A DNA stretch of 64,000 nucleotides, taken from NCBI GenBank assembly GCA_965113315.1, contig OZ220369.1, one strand, 5' to 3'. Of this stretch, positions 28,101-39,800 are shown piece after piece (position 1 is the first letter of the stretch; each line of letters starts with the position of its first letter). Position numbers and translations under genes: made by a program. The DNA comes from Podarcis vaucheri (lineage: Eukaryota). Below the pieces are notes generated by a model. The model did no database searches. It had not been told where the DNA came from and worked only from the letters and a program-made list of their open reading frames with translations.

Positions 28101-29542
28101 TTAAAGGAGGTTCATACTGGACCAGTACGAAGTCTATTAGCAATGAAGAAAATTCAGTGGGGAGGTCTGCATTAATTCACATTTTCAGGATGGTTTCCAG
28201 AAAATAGCAGAAGGATCTGGTATAGTTTTTGCCCTTCACCTCATGTCCTGCCACTGACTCTCTCTATCCAGTACTTCTTATTACTTGCATATGAACATTT
28301 GTTCCTAATTAGAGAGGACAAATATAATTGACATTGTATTATGGGTGTATATGTGAAGCTGCCTTATATCAGTCAAAATCACTGTAAATTGCCCTGTGAT
28401 CTTCGGATGAAGGGCGGTATAGAAAATTTAATTAATTAATTATAATAAATCAGAGCACTGGTCCATCAAACCCAGTACTGTATACTACGCTGACCGGCAG
28501 TGGCTCTCCAGGGTTTTAGACAGTTCTCTCAGTCCTACTTGGAGATGCTGAAGATTAAACCTAGGACTTTCTGCATGCAATATGTGCTCTGCCAGGGAGC
28601 TAGAGTCAGTACAATAGCATTACTTTAAAACACCCAACCCAGCAGCCAAAAAACCTGACCCATTCTTAAAATAAGAGGCTCTAAAAATATCCAACTTTTT
28701 CTGCTCCACGCCAGTAATTGGAGGAGTCAAGCGATGGAGAGCCGCGAGTGTGATGTTCATAACTCACCTGTCAATTAACTTGCCTTGCAGGATGACAGGC
28801 GAAAGGTCGATTCCGTCGATCTGTCTGTCACTGGGAGGCTGCAGTCCTGCCAATGCGAGGCTGGTGGTGAAGAGATCCATCACGCTTGCCAGCTGATGAC
28901 TCACCTGTCATTGACAAGACAAGAGCATTTGCAAAACAATCAAAGCTAGCAGACCCTGAGTTGAGGGAGCTTCTGCTTCCAATGATGAGGTCTTAAGAAT
29001 AGTCTCATCACCTTCCAAGATATGCAGTTCAGGGTTTGATTCTGGATTCTACTCCAGGCAGTTGGGTAAAAAGCTTGTGTTTAGGAAGCTTTTTCTCAGT
29101 TATCACCTATGCTGGAAGCTGCTTACCAGGGTTTCAAACCGGGTCTTTCCAGCCCCTACCTAGAAGTACTGAGGAAAAGCAGCCTGGAGTCGTTTGCATG
29201 CAAAGTATGTGCTCTAAAACTCAGCAATGGCCCTTCCCTGGAGGGAAACTAAGAATCCTCATGATTCTGAAGGAAGGAATTATTAAAATAGGATCAGCAG
29301 AAGCTGCCTTTTATCAGATTCAACAGTGACTGACCACAGCTTTCTGGGATTTCAGACGGGTCTGTTTCCCCATCCTACATGGAGATTCCAGGAATTGAAC
29401 CCAGAGCCTTCTGCATGCAATACATGTATTCTAACCTACAGCCATGTGCCAGCATTATTTCATTTTTACAGCTAAAATTTTGTTTTACAGCTAAAATTTT
29501 ATTCTGTGAACCACCCTGAGACCTCTGGGTATAGGGCAGTAT

Positions 29543-29590
<48 letters not shown>

Positions 29591-30766
29591 CCAAGTACCA
29601 AACTACATGGCCCAAGCGTCTTTGCAGGAGGGAGTGTAATCACCCCACCTCTTGTCCTCTGTACTTGTTCTTTGAACTCTTAGACCCAAAGAAGCCGGGT
29701 GCTGGGCCTACCAGCAGAGGTTCGCTAAGATACCTAAAGGAAGCTGCGGAAGAAGTAAAGTCGCACACTCACCAGTTTCAGAGCAGCATGCGATTTAGAA
29801 TTTTTGGACACATTCTCTTGATTGAGATGATATATAAGTTTAAAATAATACAGGTAAGTGATGAAGTGTAGTATGGTGGTGGGGCTTTTCAGGGCGATGA
29901 GAAAAGGATACTTCTATACAATATGGTAGTAGTTGGAACCTGCATATTGTTTTTATGGGTTCATGTTTACAGTTATATATTTCAAAAAATAAATTTAAAA
30001 AGACCCTTTCAGAGCAGCAATCAAGGTCGAAGGCTTTTGGAAGCAGCTGCTGAGCCCAACAGGAGCAGCATTTCTCCAAGCTGGGCTCCTGTGGACCACG
30101 TGATGCTGTAAATTCTCCAAGCTGCGTTTGGGCTGGAAGGGCAGCGGCAGGGGGAAGAGGTGAATGGTTTAAGGTCACTTTTTTAACACAACATTGTGGG
30201 TAAACTCAAAGAGCCTTTGATTTCTGTCCTGAATCAATAGACTGGCCAGTAGGGAGCTGCCAGCGACTTCCTTGTACCTGCCCCTCGCTATTAAACAGAG
30301 CCTGGAGTGCAGGCAGCTCACTTTAAATGGCCAATTACATCCGTGGTCTTGCACGCTGTTCTCTCTGCGTAAAGGGGGAGAAAACTTCTTAAAAGAAATT
30401 AAACGTCAGTGTTACAGCCACTTGGTTTTATCTGTAGCACCACATTAAAGAGAAGAACCGGAGGGGGGGGGGAATGGGGCAGGGAGGAGGTTACGATTTT
30501 TATATAAACTTTGAAGTATTTTCAGAGGAGAAATAAGGTTGGGGGGGATTTAGTATTTTCTTGCGTTGACAGCACGCTTTCATTTTGCTTGCAATTCCTG
30601 TAACAAATGGGGGGGGGAGGAAGGATATTCTAGAGAGTAACAGCCCAGTGAAAAATAAATAATGAAAAACAGAGGAGCAAGATCAGATATTTCCAGTATC
30701 AGCAAGGAACAGCCGGTATTCCGCAAGTAAAGAAGAGGTTGTGTGTTTTTTTTTTAAAAAAAAATG

Positions 30767-30809
<43 letters not shown>

Positions 30810-33800
30810 AACTCTCGGCATACACAGAATGTCTTTAAGAAAATGAAATCCTTTTTGCTCTGGGCCACATTGCGAGAAGAAATAGCCAGCGCCAGCGTTA
30901 TCAGTGCTTTCAAGCTCTAACTCTGAATCAAAGGCGACAATTAATAAAGTTGCCCCCGCCAGGAATGGAAAGGGGGAAAGCTAAATATTTGAAACTGGGT
31001 GAACAAATGTCAGGGTGTTTTTAAATAAAATCCTTTTACATTTATCACAGCAAGCAGACCTGATATCCCTGTCTAATTCAATTTCAATTTGTGCCCTGTG
31101 GGAGATAGTGAAGAAAAGGTTGCACTGCTGTCTTTGGGTTGATATGTTCTTTTCTCCTTCAGGGAGCAGAACCAGGGAGGTGGGAAGAGGGGAGTGCGCG
31201 GAGGGGGGGGGAGAGAGAGAGCTGTGGCTGCGGTGGGAGGGGAAGAGAAAGGAAAGGAAAGGAGGGGGCACAGAGCAAACAGAGGATTCAAAGAACAGCA
31301 GAATACAGATTCCTGCCAGCAGGATGCTTCTAGAAGGCAGAGGCAGCAATGGGAAAATGTTTAAAGTTTCTTTTCGCTGGTTATGAATCCACCTGGAAAA
31401 TTCAGCCAAGACTGGTGGGGAGAGCAAGAAATCCAGAAAGAGTGCTTGTTTATGTTCCACAACCTAAAACAGTATGGGCAAAAAACCCTATGAAAACTGA
31501 CACTATGAAAACTAAGTAAGGAGGAAGCTTCTGGTTCAGAAAACTCTCCTCCAGAACTAACCCCAAAAAACAAAATCACCCACTGGTCTCTCATTCCAAT
31601 TCTGCTGTACCATGTTCCTTTATTCTTATATTTAACACACTTTCTTCAGTTTGACTAATGTATGTATACTTAGTACAGTCCCCATGTCCACTCTGTTTGC
31701 ACACTTGAGAATCTTGACATGCATATTGACCTTCTGAGAACTTCTGATTTCATTTGAAGCAGTTTCTAGCCCTCATGTTTGAGAGTATAATGAGGAATGT
31801 CTGTAGAAAGCTTAAAAATGCCATCTTAAGACAAGATTACGATAGTTCTCACATGGCAGGGCAGCTAATGCCTTCTCATACCCAAGCTATTTATCCCCTC
31901 TTCTATTGTTTTTCAATGTGCTAGTAGTTGCCAGAATATTCCAAATCCTGCAAATATAAATATATCCAGATTTGCAGTCTGCATCACACAGTACATCATT
32001 TAAAAGGCATATATCAATTGAGTTTCCTTTGGTACAATGAACACACAGCTCCATCTTTAACAGACACATGTGCTGCTGCTTCTGCTGCTGTTATTGTTTA
32101 AAAATGGTTTATAAAGCTCCACAGCTGGAGAGGAGGCAGGCTTGTTTGTCTGTCTGTGAATATCAGAGTTTGTCATGTAACAAAAAATATCTGCTCACAA
32201 ACCATTCATTTGGGCAAAAAAGAGTTCATGTCAAAGGCTGCAATCCAAGACAGAGACAGGAGTACTTAAACCCACTGGTCTCTGGGGACTAAGTGTACCC
32301 AAAATGATGTTGGAATGTAGCATTTCCTATGAAGCCTTTGACACAGCCCCCTTCCCTTCTTCTATTGCTGTCTTTGTGTCAATTTCAATACTGTATGTCA
32401 CCCTTTCCCAGCGTGGTTCCCTCCAGTTATTTTGGATTACAACTCCCATCAGCTCCATCCAACATGGCAAGGGCTGATGGAAGCCATGGTCCAAATCATA
32501 TGGAGGGCACAAGGTTGACAAAGGCTGTTGACAGTCCTTAGGAACAGGTGCCTGTTCTCTCCTCATTCTTTGTAAACTGCCATGTAGGTGGGTAGCTCAG
32601 TATCAAATTAAAGACAGCCAAAAGAAACAAAAACAGATCAGCTTCTGTAATACAACAATGGCGGAATACAGGGTTAACTGAGGATTTTTTCTGTTGCAAT
32701 ACATTCCTCTGGGAAGGAGCTTTTGCCCTCTCTTTAAAAAGAGGAAACTCCAGCCACGTAAACAACTTCCACTCATGCCTGTATTGATTCCTAGATTTCC
32801 AGAGGAGTAGCTGCAAAAACAACAAAGGGTCTTGTAACACCTGAAACATCTAACAATTCTCTTCTGGCATTAAGCTTTCATGGGCTGCAGTCCACTTCAT
32901 GATGCATGAGGCGTTATCTACGGATGTCCTAGAGATATTTCTGGCATTGATTAAGAAGATAGGCTGTGAGCTACTTCAGCTTCAATTAGGCAACACAGTA
33001 AAGTAAGGAGTGAATTAAGCAATGCAGATATGCAATTAAAATCTGTAAATATGTCCCACTGAAATCCTTCTTTTGGAGGGGGAGCAGATAGAAGAGGTCA
33101 GGCAACAAACCTTGAAAAGAGAAAGAATGAAGAAAGAACTAGAAAAGCAGGAAAAGCACCATGCAGATCAGCAGAACATGATGCCAGAGCAGATAGGTAG
33201 AAACAAAAAGCAGCTCTTTACTTCTCACCTGCAGCAGGGGGACTATGGGGCTTCAGAGCTTAAGAGGTCTTGAAAGTAAGGAGGAAACTGCCATTAACAT
33301 TTACTGTGCTGTATTTCTCTATAAAATAAGAGCTGCCACCACATTCTCATGCAGGGACATGGAACAGAGGCTTTATCTCTAAAGGTGTGCAATCCCAACA
33401 AAGGAAGCCAACTGCCCAGGAGAGCCCTTCTAGGATGGTGAGCAGGAGGCACCAAGGGACGGTAGAGGGGCTCAGGTGAGTAGGAGGCACCAAGGGACGG
33501 TAGAGGGGCTCAGATGGGGCCTGCTGGCTGAGGATCAGAAGTATGTTGTGTGCAACATTCAGAGACCACTGACCTTTGCTTGCAAAGAGTTCACCTACAC
33601 AAGCACCTCTGAATAGAGATCAAAAGTGCTATGTTCAACATTTTAAAGAGGACGACATATGATTGTGTGCAATACACATTAACAGTGACAAACCTGAAAT
33701 CATCTCTCCACTTCATTCACTGGGTTTAAGATATCTGGAAGCATCCTTCCCAGTCAGTCAATGACATGGTGCACAAGTCAACATTGAGCCAAACCATGAC

Positions 33801-36800
33801 TTAATGCAAACAAGCAAACATGATGATCACAGGGAAGAGCATGTTATGGTTGAACCTGGGCTCATTGTTTGTCTCACTCCGAACCACAAGGTGTGGCCAA
33901 TGTTTGCTATTGGTTTACCACTTGTGGTTTGTCAGGGGGACAAGCCAGGATTCAGACTTAACACTAAGCTCAACCATAATGTAGTCCCAGGCAGCACAGC
34001 AGCAACAGGACCAAGGGAGGAATGCAGCAGCCGAGATCTTTACTCTGGGAACATGCACAATTGCTCATACCCACTAAGCCATGGTGTGTGGTTTAGCGTT
34101 TTGTGCAAGCTGGGCCAATGTGTCATTCATACAGTGCCTTCTTCTCAATTTAATTAAAAAGCCTTGAAAGGAGATGTAGATTAGAAACTAAAAGTTTTCT
34201 TCATCCAAGAGCACAAAGGATTCATAAAAGTCCAGTTTCTGAATAGCTCTCTCTCTCTTTGGAATGAAGATATCCACAAAAGAAAGAAAACACCCATTAT
34301 TTACTTAGAAACCTGTTTCCTGCAGGCTTTGATTATTTGATCATTAATGAGTACCAAGATGGTTTCTTGCACACACCATTGTAGCCACCTGATGAGAGCT
34401 ACCTGCTGGTTATTGTAGAGCTCAGAATCACTTCACATTTAAGCAGAGAAACAGCCACATCCTAGTACACAGACCTCCCTCAGTGCAACAGTCACCTAAA
34501 AATCCTAACCCATTTTTGTCTAGTTCCAGGGTCTTGGATGCTTTAGGACAACATGCGAGGGCCGCTTCCCTAACATGAGATCTGCTAATTTAGTATATCA
34601 GTTATAAACTCATCATTGTGCAGATACGGAAGGATTCTGTTCCAAAGGGCTCACAATTAAAGCTAAGTCAAGCTAGGGAGGAGGAGTGAGCACACATACT
34701 CCATTTTAAACATGTGTCCTGAATATTGTGCATGCACTTGTTACAGGTAACAGTGTTGGCCCTATGGAAGCAAGCCAGCAATCTGGAAGACAATTAGGGA
34801 TGCTTAGGTGCATAGCTCTCATGGCAATGGCCTGGGTGGCTGAACTGCCACTAAAAATGTCTAGGCAGGATTGGAGAAAGGTCTCTCTAACTATAAGGGT
34901 GGTGGAAGATCAACTGAGTTACCCTGATGAACATACAAAATTGCCTTGTAATGACTCAAACCATTGGTTAATCTGGCTCAGTGTTGTCTGCAGTGCCTGG
35001 CAGTGACCCTCCATGGATTCAAAAGGGTGCAAGAAGCACACCATGCAGGAGGCCAGACAGTGCAGGAGAATGCCCATCTACAGGCCAGAGGATTGCAGTT
35101 CTCACAAAGAGGATGCAACCTGGGAGAGCCAGACTGGAAGCAAGGGCTCAAAAGGCCTCCGTCTACCTCTAGCCTTGTGGGAGCAAATTGCTCACTCCAT
35201 AGTGCTGCAACACCAGATCTTACTGCCGTGTCTGGAAGGCTCTTCTGCAAGATGAGAACAGGGCTCTCTGACTAAAAGCCCACTAGAATTCATTAAAACG
35301 AAAGATACACCTTCAGAACAGACTGTAACAAAGTCATTAAATAACTCCAGACTCTCACCTGCCCAGCAGGTACATGTCCTGGCCACCAGGCAATTGCTGG
35401 CTCTCTCATGCCACCTTCAAAGGTAGTTTGCTTGCCACATAGGAAAGGGCCATTGCTACCAGCTAGAGAAAGAGAAAACAGTAATTCTAAAAGAGTTCTA
35501 GAGAGGTATGACTCAAAGGTGAAATAAGCAAAACTAAAGGGTAAAACAAACCTATTCCCCAAGGACACCACCAACAAATTTTGTTCAAGTCCTTTGAACA
35601 ATGTCAATCAACATCATAGTCTACATAGCATATTAACCCTTCCATCCTGGACATTTGCAGTAGCATACTGACCTGTGACACTGGTGTGACATCACTGAAA
35701 TATCATAATGACAACATATACTTGATGTTCGTTTATTTCTTGACATTGCATTTGTGTAGCTTTTAGAAAACAAGCTTTAAGTCTCAGTTGAAGATGGTTT
35801 TTTAGCCTACAAACTACCATACAAACCTTAACGCATTCATCCTCTTAAGTGTTCCAGAAGATTAGGCTCTTAATTATTATTGTTATTATTATTATTAACA
35901 TTTTTATGAGTAGGGAAGGAGGCTGAGAAACAGTGATTTGCTGAAGGCTACAAAGAGACAGAATGAGACCCCAGTTTCCATACAGTGGGTTGGTTAACCA
36001 ATGTCAAGAGTAATTTCCAAAGTATCTATTGTTTACTTCAGTCTCTTTGCATCACCATTAATTGTAATTTGAATAAAGGAGAAACAAGGTGATTAGTAGC
36101 AGAGAAATTTTCCTGTCTCTCTATACTAAAGATCACAACTGCAAACAGACATAATGTTCTAAATCAGCAGCCAGTTAGCAGAGGCCATTGCTGCTCAGCT
36201 GAAAGTCAGGAGTTGCAGGAGGTCATAAAAAGAGCCAATAACTTGACTGGGATTAGAACTCGTGGCAATTCCTTCTGATCTGTATGCTCCTGAAATCAAC
36301 CTCAGAGTTGCCTCTGAGACTGCAGGGATGGGATGTGTGAACAAATTACAGGGGGCAAGTGATTAATTCACAGTGACTGTGCCCAAGGGAACTAAAAACC
36401 AAAAAGTTGTGAAATGGAGCAAACCTGTAAATGCAAGAGAATTGTCATCTTAACAGCTTTTCAGAGTTCAGTAGACATGCTTGTAAGATCCTCTGCATTT
36501 ATTGAGACATGCTAAGAATTTATAGATCTGGGGCTCAATAATTTGGTTCAGATGTCAGCAGGCCACATTTTACCTGTTAGATCTTAGGAATGGACCAGTT
36601 AGATCTTAGGAACGAACTAGGTGAAATGCGGAAGTCTCAAATTCTCTATTCCTAACTTGACAAGCTCTGTACCAGGAAGACCAACCTTGATCAGGACCGG
36701 AAACAAGGGCAGCACCGTTGTCAGATGTGAAAAATACGAAGGTGTTGTTGCTTATGCCCAGCTTTTGAAGGCGACTCAGTATTTTCCCAATGCTGTCATC

Positions 36801-39800
36801 AATTTCTCGCACTGCATCACCATACCTGAGAGGCAGGGAGAGCAAATGACAAGCCTGTCAAGTGGGGGTGGGGGTGTGTTTTGTGTTTAGGACTTGTAGA
36901 TTCTGTAATATGCAACGGTAATATTTATTTATCTGTAAATAGTTTCCAACACACTGCTCTTAAAGCTGCTTACAACAAAATAATAAACACATTATAAAAC
37001 AACCCCCCTTTTTAAATCAACCAGTTCCAAAAATAGCAAGGGTTCAGAAAAAGTGTTTCATTTACAAAATAAATTTTATAACAGACTACTAAGGGCTGAG
37101 GATACTGGTACTGAGAAGGAAGATGTCACTCTTTATTGGTTTTAGGCAGCTATTACTCATCTATTTGCTAATTGTTTACAACAGCTTATGAGATCCCTGC
37201 TTATAGGATTCCCATTTGGGCACCTGGCTGGACACTGTGAGAACAAGATGCTGGACTAGATGGGCTTTTGGTCTATTCCAGCAGGGCCCTTCTTCTTAAA
37301 GGTCTTAATACCAAGCTTTTAGTATTTCTTTTAGGTACTGTAGATATTAAGTATTCAGTGGTTTTAATGTGTTGACTTTATGTAGTCAGTATAAAAGTTA
37401 GCACATTATATTGAATTATATTGTTTGTAAGCCACCCTGGAACCTTTCTTAATGAAGGGCAGTATAAAAATGTCTTAAATAATTGGAAAAGGAACGAGTT
37501 ATTCTGCATATTTGTTTGAGCAAAAAATGTTTCTTTCCAGTTCTTCAAATATGGAGTCTTTTTGGGAACTTAAATGTGTAAAAGCACATTCATGTTTACT
37601 CAGAAGTGAGTCTTACTCTGTTCAAGGGGGCTTACTCTCAGGATTGGATTTTTTTCCACCCTGACCTTGGAGTAAGCTCTGTTGAATGAAGTGGGATTGA
37701 ATTCCAGTTAATATGCACTATTATTCTAGCAAAAGCTTGAATAGGTCAGAGTCCATGCTGTCAAGATGCATGAGACATTCAGGTCAATTTTAAGATACCA
37801 TAAACCTCTTTGTTTTTGCTTTAACAAGACGGCTACCCACCTGGAATTTACAAATCTTAGTTATGTTTGGGGAGGGGTATGTTGGTTGTTAGAGCAAAGC
37901 TCTTAACTGTTTTTAAAAGTTTTATTTGTTCATAATTAACACATTAATTATTAGGTATTGTTTTTATATATAGCTCTTAGTTATATTCAAGTGGTCACTC
38001 AGTATCACCAAGAGAACTTTCAGATGTGCTCCCAGAGAAGCTAAAAATCCAACAGCAAGACCCACCCACTCTCACAAGGGAAGCTGCTGATCACCACAAA
38101 GCTGGCTCCCTTCTTTCTGATTTCGGGGCCTTCTGAAAGCCCCACTCCATTTCAGCTGGTCATCTTCACTCAGCACAGAATGTCCTCAAAGCAAAACTGG
38201 AATGGGTAGTGAGGGGAAGAGGAACCACAGAGGAAGTGTGTGTGTGGACAAGCACACACATAGAGTACTTGAAAGTTGCAAAGGAAATCTTAGTGCAAAG
38301 GATGGGTGAAGTCTTCCAGATTTCTTAATCTCTGATGCTGGACACATGTCCTTGACTAAGCCCTGGTGATTCCTGGCTCAAATTAACCTCTATAAACAAA
38401 ATTGGAGAGAGGAGGGAAGACACCATCCACTAAAAACACTGTATTTACTCAAGTCTAATGCACCATCAAATCTAACCTGCACCTTAATTTTCAGAACCTT
38501 GAAACAAACAAACAAAAAGTATTTGCTGGCAAATGTAAATGTGCCATCAAATCTAATGTGCACCTTAATTTTCGCAATGTAATTTGGCCAAAAAAAGGTG
38601 AGCATTAGATCTGAATAAATACGGTATGCAGAAAGCAAAGTTACCAATCTACTGTTTTTTTTAAAAATGTGGCCATTTTAAACGTTTATTTTTGGTTTTG
38701 CTTCGGGGTCAGTTGTCAGAAAATGAGAGTCTAACTCTTCCCTCCAGGTTTTTTGGGGCTGTACACCTTTGATATGACAGCTTTTATGCTTGGCTCCCTG
38801 GCTAGATAACCCTCAGATTAGCTTTGGTCTTGCCTCCAGACTGTACCCAGGTACCAGAATCTTTGATCTCAATCAATAGTTGTCAACCCTATTTGCTTTG
38901 GATGCAAGACTTTTATTTCAGATTGCAAGAGAGTCTTCAACCGAGGATAAACACTCTCAAAGCACCTGCTGCTCTTTAATGCTCATAACACAAGTAATTT
39001 TAAACTTGTAAGTTGTGAATGATCTCTATTGTCAACCACCACTGTTCTTGGTTTTCTTCTAGTGCTTTTCTTCTAGTGCCAGAAAAAGGAGAGGAGAAGG
39101 AAATGATACTTCAGCTCAAAAAGCGACTTACAGCCCTCGTTGGCTAGTGCCCAAGAACTCCCTGGAGGCATACACAGGCGCGTGAGTAGCATCGATTGCC
39201 CAATACAGAAAGAACGGCTGTTGGCTGGCATGCTGTGTGCTAATGAAATCAAGGGCTTCCTGGAAATGACAAGAGAATCAACCTTAAATATGGCCACCCA
39301 TGCTACATATGTATAAGCAAGCAAGCAGAAAGTGCCTGTGGGTTTTAAAGAACGTTTTATCAGAATACAGAGTACCTGTAAGTACATTTGAGTTAGGTTG
39401 GCTTCCCCCGTCTTATGGTCAATTTTTACATCTTCGTAATACCTAGAAAGTTTTAAACAAAAAACAGAAAACATGTTCCAGATGTTTTACAGGATATGGC
39501 AGTGGCGGAATAAGTGCTTTGCTCACCATCACTTCCCTGGGAAGATGGCAGCGAGTCACTATGTAATAGGAAATGTTACTCCATGTACGCAAACCATGAA
39601 TACAATCTCAAATAGCTCTGCTCTGTTTCGCTGAGGATTGTTTTTTCGGCTATTTATCTTATCTAGTTTAATCCAGCTTTCCCCAACACTGGGCCCTCCA
39701 GATATATAGGAGTACAGCTCCCATCATAGCCAGCACAGCCAATGGTCAGGGGTGGTAGGAGTTTGGAACCCAACAACATGTGGAAGCTGTTCAAAGTATC

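Noticed and set aside
35013-35255. EDATWE resembling a Gypsy chromodomain motif
   Set aside because: An isolated 6-aa match with no supporting integrase or chromodomain context.
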